A stretch of 64,000 nt of DNA, taken from positions 32,572 to 96,571 of the IMG/VR virus record IMGVR_UViG_3300047174_000111; one strand, written 5' to 3'. This document shows positions 56,257 through 64,000 of this stretch, in pieces (the stretch's first letter is position 1; every line of letters starts with the position of its first letter). This DNA is from a virus. A program made the position numbers and the translations under genes. The notes below the pieces were generated by a model. That model saw only the letters and a program-made list of their open reading frames with translations. It had not been told where the DNA came from and ran no database searches.

Positions 56257-57243
56257 ATGTCCACCGCCCATCTGGAAATGGCGACCCAGCTCTCCACCGA
56301 CGCGCTGGTGGAGCTGTACAGCCTCGACACGACGGCGCTGGTCACCACGGCCGGCGTGGCCGGCCAGGGGCAGGTCTTCAACTGGACGCCCGGCACGCTG
56401 CCGCAGCGGATCGGCGGCACGATCACCGCCGCGAGTGGGACCAGCGTCACCCTGGATCAGTTGGTGCACCCTTCGGTTTCCGGAGGCTACTCGGTCACGC
56501 TCTTCCCGGCCGGCGCGGCGTCGCAGCAGATCATGGTCAACGGGTTCGCCGCGGCGGACGGTCTCACCACGCTGACGCTGCAGACCGCTCCGCTGGTCGA
56601 GCCAAGTGTCGGCACGGAATACATCTTGAGCGGCCCAGGATACGTTTCCTTTAATGGCACCGTCTACACGCCGTTTCCCATCACCGTGACGGGGTTCGAG
56701 TGGTCGGGCCAGGGCACGATGCCGCGGCCCAAGATGCGGATCGACAACACGGTCAAGGCGGCTGGTTCGACGGTGCCGCTCGCGGCCAGCCTGGTGATCA
56801 CCTTCGCCGACATGCTGGGTGCGCAGGTCACGCGGCTGCGCACTTTCGCGTCGATGCTGGACGGCCAGCCCAACGCCGATCCGTCGGCGGTCTTCGAGCC
56901 CGACATCTTTCGGATCGATCGCAAGTCGCTCCACGACAAGACCGTCATCGAATTCGAGCTGGCGGCGACTTTCGACCAGGAGGGATTGCAGCTTCCGGCG
57001 CGCCAAGTTCTGCGCGACGTGTGCAACTTCCGCTATCGCCAATACAACTCTGTGACGGCCGAGTTCGACTACGGGACATGCCCGTACACCGGCTCGAACT
57101 ACTTCACCTACGCCGGCACGGCCACGACCGATCCGAGCCAGGATGTGTGCCGCAAGATCCTCACGGCCTGCCTGCTGCGGTTCGGCCAGACGACGCCGCT
57201 TCCGATCGCCGGTTTCCCGGGTGTGGGACTCACCTCGGTATGA
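56257..57243 (+). CDS. minor tail protein gpL-like
   Basis: GFE..GQG..PRP...GAQVTR.RT...FEL...LPARQ...C..YR...C.Y.G...C.K....C..RF...FPG. Confidence 0.9.
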   Translation: MSTAHLEMATQLSTDALVELYSLDTTALVTTAGVAGQGQVFNWTPGTLPQRIGGTITAASGTSVTLDQLVHPSVSGGYSVTLFPAGAASQQIMVNGFAAADGLTTLTLQTAPLVEPSVGTEYILSGPGYVSFNGTVYTPFPITVTGFEWSGQGTMPRPKMRIDNTVKAAGSTVPLAASLVITFADMLGAQVTRLRTFASMLDGQPNADPSAVFEPDIFRIDRKSLHDKTVIEFELAATFDQEGLQLPARQVLRDVCNFRYRQYNSVTAEFDYGTCPYTGSNYFTYAGTATTDPSQDVCRKILTACLLRFGQTTPLPIAGFPGVGLTSV

Positions 57244-57980
57244 GCTTCGATCCGAAGACGCTTACGCCGGCGACGATCGCCGCGATCAAAGCCGACGCTG
57301 TCGCGAAATACCCCAACGAGTCCTGCGGCGCGATCACCTCGACCGGCTACATGCCGCTCGAAAATGTCTCGGCCACGCCGCGAATCGCGTTCGACTGCAA
57401 CGCGCAGCTCGTCCCGCTTCAGGCTGCCGGCACGCTGCTCGCCCTCGTGCATTCCCATCCCGACGGCCCGGAGGGGCCGAGCAAAATGGACATGCAGCAG
57501 CAGGCCGCGATGGCCGTGCCCTGGGGCATCGTGATCTGCAACGCGGAGATGTGCAGCAACCCGTACTGGTGGAGCGACACGTTCGAGCCACCGCCTCTGG
57601 AGCGGCGCCAGTTTCGGCACGGGCCGTCCGGAACAGACGGGCGGGGCGATTGCTACGCCCTGGTGCGCGACTACTACCGAACCAAGAAGAATACCCAGCT
57701 GATCGAGTGCCCGCGTGACGATGGCTGGTGGAACGCGCAGGACAACCCGGACCTCTACAACACCAACTTCACCCGAGCAGGGTTTGCGCGGGCCGACGAG
57801 AACAAGCCTGAAGTCGGCGATGTCGTGCTGATGCGGATCCGATCGACGGTCACGAACCACGCCGCCATCTACATCGGCGCCGGGATGATCCTGCATCATC
57901 TGCCGAACCGCTATTCCCGGCCGGAGCCGATGGTCGGCTGGATCAAGCTCCGCACCGCGTGGCTTCGTCATGCGGGTTGA
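57240..57980 (+). CDS. tail assembly protein gpK-like (MPN + NlpC/P60)
   Basis: YPNESCG, HSHPD..PS..D, DCY.LVRDYY, NHAAIY.G...LHH. Confidence 0.92.
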   Translation: MSFDPKTLTPATIAAIKADAVAKYPNESCGAITSTGYMPLENVSATPRIAFDCNAQLVPLQAAGTLLALVHSHPDGPEGPSKMDMQQQAAMAVPWGIVICNAEMCSNPYWWSDTFEPPPLERRQFRHGPSGTDGRGDCYALVRDYYRTKKNTQLIECPRDDGWWNAQDNPDLYNTNFTRAGFARADENKPEVGDVVLMRIRSTVTNHAAIYIGAGMILHHLPNRYSRPEPMVGWIKLRTAWLRHAG

Positions 57981-60900
57981 CACGGGGCGAGCTCTGGTCT
58001 GCGTCCATCGCATCCATCTCCACGGCGAGCTGGCCGATCGGTTCGGGCCGATCTACGAGCTTGGCGTCAACACCTCGGCGCAGGCGATCCGCGCGCTGTG
58101 CGTCCTGAAGCCCGGGTTCCGCGAGGTGATGAGCCAGGGAGCTTATCGCCTCGTGCGGGGCAATCTCGACCGGGGCATCGACCTGACCGAGACGTCGCTT
58201 CAGATGCGCCTCGGCGGCCACGATCTCCACGTCATCCCGATGGCGGCCGGCGCGAAGACCGGCGGCGTGGTCAAAATGGTGCTTGGCGCGGTGATCCTGG
58301 GCGCTGCGCTGTTCTTCGCCCCCGAAATCGCCGGACCGACGATCTCTGGCGCCGCCGGCGCGGGCAAGTCGCTGGCCTCGACCGCCTTTCTCGGCCTGTC
58401 GTATGGCCAGCTCGCGCTGACCGGTGGTCTGCTGTTTTTCGCCGGCGTCACCGCCGCGCTCTCCCCGCAACCGAAGAAGCCGACCCAGAACAACCCCAGC
58501 TTCCTGCTGAGCGGCCAGCTCAACACGACGCAGCAGGGCGTGCCGGTTCCTGTCGTCTATGGCCTGCGGATGCGGGTCGGCTCAGTGACCGTGTCGTCGG
58601 GCTATTCGGCCGAGGATTACAGCGGGCCGGCAGCGACCACCGCGACATCGGGCGGATCGGCCGCATTGGACTCGACCGGCGCCGGCGGCGGAGGCAGTTC
58701 GGGCGGCAAAGGCAAGGGCGGCAGCGGTTCGTCGACGGGCGAGACGCCTGACACGCTGCAGTCCAAGGCCATCGTGCGGATCATCGATTTGATCAGTGAG
58801 GGCCCGATCGGCGGCCTGTTCAATGGGCCGCAGTCCATCTTTTTCGACGGGACGCCGCTCATGGCGGCCGACGGGACGTACAACTTCCTCGGCGTGACCT
58901 GGCAGATGATGCTCGGCCTGCCGGACCAGGATCCAGTGCCAGGTTTTCCGGCGTCGGAAGAGACCATCGTCCTGGGCGGCGGCGGGATCCAGGTGTTGTA
59001 CAGCAACCCCCACGTCGAGACGATCATCTCGTCCACCGCCACTTCGCTCATCGTGACGGTCCAGCTCCCGTCGCTGTTTTCCGAGGACGCCAATACCGGC
59101 GTCGTGAGCGGCACGACCGTCGCCTACAAGTTCGAAGTTCAGGCCGTCGATGGACCATGGCAGACGGTCGTCAACGAGGTGCTGAACAACCAGAAATGCA
59201 CGAGCCCGTATCAGCGATCCTATCGGTTTGAGCTGCCGGGTCCGCCCGCCGGATCGGCCGGCGGAGCCTGGGCGGTGCGCATGACGCGCCTCACGCCGGA
59301 CAGCACCGATGCCACGCTGCAGAATGACACGTACTGGTTCGCGTACGACATCGTCACGGACTATCAGCTGATCTACCCGAACAGCGCCTACATGGCGCTC
59401 ACGATCGACGCCTCGGCGTTCGGCTCCGAGATCCCGACCCGGCAATACGAGGTGGCTGGCCTGCTGGTGCAGATCCCGGCCAATTTCAACCCGACGACGC
59501 GGACCTATGCGACCTCGGGAACCGGCACGACGGGCGGTGTGTGGGACGGCTCGACCTTCACGACCGCATCGACCGACGATCCCTGCTGGAACGTCTACGA
59601 CCTGCTGACCAATGACCGCTACGGCATGAGCCAGCCGGCCAGCGCTGTCGTGAACACGAAGTTCGACCTCTACACGATCAGCCAGTACTGCATCGCTTCG
59701 GTTCCAGACGGCTTTGGCGGCACGGAGCCGAGATACACAATGAACTGCGTCCTCGCGACACAGGACGACGCGTTCAAGGTGATCCAGAGCATGGTGTCCA
59801 ACTTCCGTGGCATGGTCAGCTATGGCGGCGGCCAGATCATGGTGTCGGCGGACATGCCCGGCCTTCCCGTAAAGATCGCGACCCAGGCCAATGTCATCGA
59901 CGGCGATTTCACGTACGAAGGCACCACGCTGACGAGCCGCCACACCGTTGCGCGCGCCACATACTTCGACGCCTCGAACTATTTCCAGCAGACGACCGAG
60001 GTGTACGAGAATACCGACGCGCTGTCGCTCCGCGGCCAGCAGCCCGTCGATGTGGTGGCGTTCGGGGCCACGTCGCGCGGCCAGGCGCATCGCGTCGCGC
60101 GATGGATGCTCGACACCGAGCAGACCCAGACCGAGACCGTGACCTACAAGGCCGGCCTCTATCATCTCGACCTGCGGCCCGGCGACCTGATCGAGCAGTC
60201 CGATCCTGCCTATGCGGGTCTGCGGTTGGGCGGCCGGATCAGGACTGGATCGACCGCGTCCACGCTGCTGCTCGATACGCTGTTCACTCCGGACACGGGC
60301 GCGACGTACAGCATCACCGTCGTGATGCCGAACGGCGCGCTGCCGGTCAACTCCGATAGCGGATCGGTTTCGGTCAGCGTGCCGATCGCGTCTTTCGCCA
60401 CCTCGTCGGACGGCACCTACACCATCGCCAATTTGGCCGACGCGCTGCCGGCAAACCCGAACCCTGGTGTCGAATACCTCATGACGGGGTCCGACATCTC
60501 GCCTCGCATGTTCACCGTCGTTGGCGTGCAGGAGCCGCAGCACGGGCAGTTCGCCGTCACGGCGCTCTACTACGATCCCGGCAAGTTTGATCGCGTCGAA
60601 GAAGGGCTCACATTCAACCAGCCAGCCTTCGCCGCGCTGCCATCCTTCCTGGCCACGGCAATGCCGTCGGTGACCAACATCACGGTGACCGACTTCCTCG
60701 TCGGCGTGGGCACCACCACGATCATCCGCACGCTGGTCGGCTTCACCCCGGTCACGGATGTCCGGGTTACGGGCTATCAGGTCCGGGCCGTGTCGGACGC
60801 GGGCTTCACCGGGTTCTTCAATACCACGGGCGCGCCGGCCACGATCGACAACCTCGATGCGGCCAACTACGTGTTCTCGATCGCGACGATGGGCGCCAAC

Positions 60901-61566
60901 AACGCGATGGGCCCGTGGGTCAGCGCGGCCAGCGTTACGATCGATGGCTCCCCGCCGACCCCTGACACCGTGACCGGCCTGACCGCGACCGGGGGCGTCT
61001 CGAGCATCGCGCTGTCGTGGACCGAGCCGGACACGCGCGCGATCGACACCTACCAGATCCAGCGCAAGCTCCATCCGACTGGCTCTGAAACGGTCGATCC
61101 CGCGTCGTCGGGCGCCACGCTGCTCACCACCGTGTCAGCGACGAGCTACACCGACGTCGACTCGGCCAACCTGACGTCGGGTGTCGTCGCGGCCTACTGG
61201 GTCGCGGCGATTACGGTGAACGGCGTGATGTCGGGCTGGACTGGACCCGTCAGGGCGACGGCCGGATCGTTCAACGCGAGCAACCTCACGCCTGGCTCGA
61301 TCGACACGACCGCGCTGGCTGACTCCGCTGTCGGCAGCGATCAGATCGCCGACGGCTCGGTCACCAGCTCGAGCAGCTCGAACGCGTCGGACGCCTATAC
61401 GCCGCCCGATACCTGGACAGATGTCCTGTCAGTCACCGTCGATGTTCCGTCGGGAGCCAACGTGCTGGTCATGATGAAGGTCATCGCGAGCTTCTACGGA
61501 GAAACGATACCCGTCACGTCGGAGACCGGCGGGGGCGGCGGCGAGGGCGGGGGGCCTGGCGGCTGA
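57970..61566 (+). CDS. fused gpI + gpJ tail tip protein
   Basis: gpI motifs (L.G.L..RFG; QG.PVPVVYG..VGS) then GGKGKGG..DTLQS..IDLISEGPI.GL gpJ; Fn3 domains. Confidence 0.9.
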   Translation: MRVDTGRALVCVHRIHLHGELADRFGPIYELGVNTSAQAIRALCVLKPGFREVMSQGAYRLVRGNLDRGIDLTETSLQMRLGGHDLHVIPMAAGAKTGGVVKMVLGAVILGAALFFAPEIAGPTISGAAGAGKSLASTAFLGLSYGQLALTGGLLFFAGVTAALSPQPKKPTQNNPSFLLSGQLNTTQQGVPVPVVYGLRMRVGSVTVSSGYSAEDYSGPAATTATSGGSAALDSTGAGGGGSSGGKGKGGSGSSTGETPDTLQSKAIVRIIDLISEGPIGGLFNGPQSIFFDGTPLMAADGTYNFLGVTWQMMLGLPDQDPVPGFPASEETIVLGGGGIQVLYSNPHVETIISSTATSLIVTVQLPSLFSEDANTGVVSGTTVAYKFEVQAVDGPWQTVVNEVLNNQKCTSPYQRSYRFELPGPPAGSAGGAWAVRMTRLTPDSTDATLQNDTYWFAYDIVTDYQLIYPNSAYMALTIDASAFGSEIPTRQYEVAGLLVQIPANFNPTTRTYATSGTGTTGGVWDGSTFTTASTDDPCWNVYDLLTNDRYGMSQPASAVVNTKFDLYTISQYCIASVPDGFGGTEPRYTMNCVLATQDDAFKVIQSMVSNFRGMVSYGGGQIMVSADMPGLPVKIATQANVIDGDFTYEGTTLTSRHTVARATYFDASNYFQQTTEVYENTDALSLRGQQPVDVVAFGATSRGQAHRVARWMLDTEQTQTETVTYKAGLYHLDLRPGDLIEQSDPAYAGLRLGGRIRTGSTASTLLLDTLFTPDTGATYSITVVMPNGALPVNSDSGSVSVSVPIASFATSSDGTYTIANLADALPANPNPGVEYLMTGSDISPRMFTVVGVQEPQHGQFAVTALYYDPGKFDRVEEGLTFNQPAFAALPSFLATAMPSVTNITVTDFLVGVGTTTIIRTLVGFTPVTDVRVTGYQVRAVSDAGFTGFFNTTGAPATIDNLDAANYVFSIATMGANNAMGPWVSAASVTIDGSPPTPDTVTGLTATGGVSSIALSWTEPDTRAIDTYQIQRKLHPTGSETVDPASSGATLLTTVSATSYTDVDSANLTSGVVAAYWVAAITVNGVMSGWTGPVRATAGSFNASNLTPGSIDTTALADSAVGSDQIADGSVTSSSSSNASDAYTPPDTWTDVLSVTVDVPSGANVLVMMKVIASFYGETIPVTSETGGGGGEGGGPGG

Positions 61567-61787
61567 TGGCGAGCTACATTCTGGTTCAGGTCGTGGACGA
61601 TCTCGGCAACGTCATCCTGCAGCCGCAGGGCGGGACCGTTCAGAACATGGTCGATTTTGACGTGGTCGCGCCGGAGAGCGGTATGCGCACATACACGCTG
61701 CAGGCGCAGGTCTATCTCGACGGGACGGGCGACGGCACGCCGCAGATGTTCCGGCGCGACCTCACAGCCATCGTGCTGAAAAAATGA
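61566..61787 (+). CDS. small tail-tip associated protein
   Basis: TYTLQ...R.L....LKK resembles gpJ C-termini; coupled. Confidence 0.6.
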   Translation: MASYILVQVVDDLGNVILQPQGGTVQNMVDFDVVAPESGMRTYTLQAQVYLDGTGDGTPQMFRRDLTAIVLKK

Positions 61788-62491
61788 CCACTGCCAAGCT
61801 CACGCCGGTCCCGCGGCCGCGCCCAAACCCGCCGAAGGCTGGTGCGATCAAGCCTGCGAGACCAACGCCCCCACCGCCCGCCCTCGCACCGGTTGCCGCA
61901 GCGGCCGCGGCGATGGGTGCGCCTGTGCACTACTACCTCAAGGTCGGCTCGGACGGCCGCGTCATGTACTCCGGCCATGTCCGTGGCCAGACCGCGCCGG
62001 CGGTGCTGGCCGCAGCGGGCCACACCGAGGTGACCAAGGCGGATCACGACAAGGTCCGTGCCGGCGGAGGATGGACCTTCGCCGACGGAACCCTGACGGC
62101 CGTAGCGGCCGTGCCGCCGGCGCTGCCCGACGCCGTGGCAGCGGCAATACGCCAGATCGACCGGCGAGCCGAACAGCTGCGCTCCGCCTGTGTCACGCCC
62201 GGCATGGCGGCGCTTTATGGCTGCAAGGAGGCCGAGGCGCGCGCCGTGCTGGCGCAACCGCCGGGGCAACCGGTCGACATGGCGAGCTGCCCCCTGTTGG
62301 CCGCCGAGGTGGGTGTCACCGGCACGACGATCTACGCCGTCGCGCGTGTCGTGCTCGACCGTGCGACCAAGGCTCACGCCAAAACTGGGGCGATCGAGGC
62401 CGTTCGGCTCCGCGCAAAGGCGGCTGTCAGGTCGGCGGCGTCGGTCGACGCATTGCAGCTGGTCCTGCGCGGCGTTGTCTGGCCGTCATAG
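61784..62491 (+). CDS. tail fibre assembly/chaperone-like protein
   Basis: ID..AEQ.R...TPG....Y..K..EARA...P.LAAE...IE..RL.AK..V..A. Confidence 0.7.
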   Translation: MTTAKLTPVPRPRPNPPKAGAIKPARPTPPPPALAPVAAAAAAMGAPVHYYLKVGSDGRVMYSGHVRGQTAPAVLAAAGHTEVTKADHDKVRAGGGWTFADGTLTAVAAVPPALPDAVAAAIRQIDRRAEQLRSACVTPGMAALYGCKEAEARAVLAQPPGQPVDMASCPLLAAEVGVTGTTIYAVARVVLDRATKAHAKTGAIEAVRLRAKAAVRSAASVDALQLVLRGVVWPS

Positions 62492-62505
62492 CCTGAGAGA
62501 GCCGC

Positions 62506-62877
62506 ATGCCGGATATCGACGAAGACGAGGATGACGCGCGGAAGCCGCCGGTCTGGGCCGCATCGATGCAGCCCCGGCAGGAACAGCAGCGCCGTGACTC
62601 TGAAAACCGCGTCGGGCGCCTCGCGCAAGACGCCGCGGAGCGCGCCATCGAAGCCAAAATGCCAGAGACGTTCGAGAGGCTGGGGATCAACGCATCGACG
62701 CAGGAATCGCGCACCGATTTCCGCAAGGACATGGAATTCCTGCGCCGCATGCGGACCGCGCACGAAGAGAACACGCGCACCGCATGGAACAAGTTCATCA
62801 CCGGTCTGGTCGGTGCCATTTTCACAGCCCTTGTCGGGCTTGCCGGTTGGTTCCTCTCACAGGTTCATACCAAATGA
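62506..62877 (+). CDS. membrane protein (holin-like lysis module)
   Basis: LGI.......FRKD..FLR..R followed by C-terminal TM helix. Confidence 0.55.
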   Translation: MPDIDEDEDDARKPPVWAASMQPRQEQQRRDSENRVGRLAQDAAERAIEAKMPETFERLGINASTQESRTDFRKDMEFLRRMRTAHEENTRTAWNKFITGLVGAIFTALVGLAGWFLSQVHTK

Positions 62878-63425
62878 GCATCGCCAGCCTCTGTCGGCCG
62901 GTTCGGCCGCACGTCATTCCATTCCTGGCCGGCTGCGCCATCGCCGGCACGTTGCTCATCGCGGCGCTCGCGGTTCTGGCTGAGCGATCCCCCGTCAAGA
63001 TCGACAGCATCTATGCCGTCGACGATGCGGCGGTTCGAGGCGGCGTGCTGTATCTCCACGCGCAGATCGATCGCCGGAAATGGTGCCCGACCGACGTGCA
63101 GCGCTGGATGTGGCGTTGGGCCGACCCGAGCCGCGGCGTGCAGCAATGGGTCTGGATCAGCGACGCGCCATCCCCGCCCACGCCGATAGGACGAGACGAC
63201 TATGTCGTGGCTATCCCGCTTCCAGCCGCTGTGACATCGGGCCAGTGGTTCTACGTCGGAATTGCGCACGACCGATGCCCGTTTCTGGACTGGCCGCTGC
63301 GCAACCAGCGCGAGACGAAAAATGTGCCGGTCTCGGTGATTGACCCGACGACCAGCGCGCCGGCCACGGTGGCTGCGCCACAGGCGCCATTCGGAGCGCT
63401 CCCGTCCGCAAAGGAAAAGCCATGA
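62874..63425 (+). CDS. single-TM periplasmic protein in lysis module
   Basis: N-terminal TM, Cys pair, ATGA-coupled both sides. Confidence 0.6.
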   Translation: MSIASLCRPVRPHVIPFLAGCAIAGTLLIAALAVLAERSPVKIDSIYAVDDAAVRGGVLYLHAQIDRRKWCPTDVQRWMWRWADPSRGVQQWVWISDAPSPPTPIGRDDYVVAIPLPAAVTSGQWFYVGIAHDRCPFLDWPLRNQRETKNVPVSVIDPTTSAPATVAAPQAPFGALPSAKEKP

Positions 63426-64000
63426 GCGACACGACCACGACAGTCCAGCCCGGCACGTTGCTCGACCGGTGCGCCACGTTCACGTTCACAGCCGAAGGCG
63501 ACGCCGTCGCCAGTGTCGATCCGCGCGACGACGGGAACTGGTCCGGGGGCCAGCAGGGCGTCGGGCAGCTGATCGGCACGAAGTACGGGATCAGCGCGCC
63601 GGTGCTGATCAGCTGGATGGCCAGCGATCCGGACGCGCCGCCGGTGACCCGCGGCATGATGGAAAATCTGCCCAAGAGCGTCGCCGAGGCGATCTTCGGG
63701 TCGCGCTACTTCAACGCGATGAGCTGCGCCCGCATGCCGGATCCGGTCGCGATGATGACGTGCGACCATGGCTACAACGCCGGCGACACGGCCAGCGTGA
63801 AGATCCTGCAGCGCGTCCTGGGGTTCACCGGTGACGATGTGGACGGCTGGGCCGGCGACCATACCGTCGCGGCGATCGGCGCGGCCGACGCGCAGGCGCT
63901 GGCGCTTCGTCTTTCTCCGGACGCGGCGCGGAAGGTGCAGGCCCATCTCGGCATCGACGTCGACGGCCAGGTCGGCTCGCGCACCATGGCGGCCATCATG
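63422..64000 (+). CDS. endolysin, glycoside hydrolase 108 family + PG-binding repeats (truncated by window end)
   Basis: AEG...DPRDDGNW.GG...GTKYGIS...D.GYNAG...LQR.LG...DG..G..T. Confidence 0.88.
   Translation, partial: MSDTTTTVQPGTLLDRCATFTFTAEGDAVASVDPRDDGNWSGGQQGVGQLIGTKYGISAPVLISWMASDPDAPPVTRGMMENLPKSVAEAIFGSRYFNAMSCARMPDPVAMMTCDHGYNAGDTASVKILQRVLGFTGDDVDGWAGDHTVAAIGAADAQALALRLSPDAARKVQAHLGIDVDGQVGSRTMAAIM

Noticed and set aside
18551-61074. Long antisense/alternate-frame ORFs (e.g. 18551-20563, 34648-36348, 53012-54859, 58582-61074)
   Set aside because: Shadow ORFs of high-GC codon bias overlapping well-supported genes
37348-64000. Diversity-generating retroelement, invertible fibre cassette or retron
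   Set aside because: No reverse transcriptase, recombinase or TR/VR pair seen
1-64000. tRNA/rRNA genes, att sites, alternative genetic code
   Set aside because: None recognised; genes read through normally with the standard code

Overview
The whole window is one high-GC tailed phage or prophage segment with a lambda-like siphovirus tail. No host chromosomal genes, integrase or repressor are visible. An alphaproteobacterial host is suggested by a GcrA-type domain and a SuhB/MmgR-like sRNA. Gene order: replication/nin-like genes (1-7.9 kb); terminase (7.9-11.1 kb); intein-containing portal; an unusually long head module (15.5-36.4 kb) interrupted by an antisense accessory island carrying a tnpB-only IS605-type element; neck and tail genes with an antirepressor cassette; tape measure; gpM/L/K and a gpI-J fusion; lysis genes running off the end. 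Three candidates stand out. (1) A head 'cargo polyprotein' system: at least seven head-module proteins are punctuated by L-x-K|(A/S) sites like those in the capsid propeptide, several followed by a conserved HPR..G[RKE]F peptide and glycine-zipper membrane segments, next to an XkdF-type prohead protease. (2) Three signal-peptide-bearing, Cys-paired fibre/esterase-like proteins sit inside the late structural operon. (3) A GCGG[GC]GACCA element lies 41-45 nt upstream of six structural genes. All family assignments come from motif recognition by eye, not database searches.
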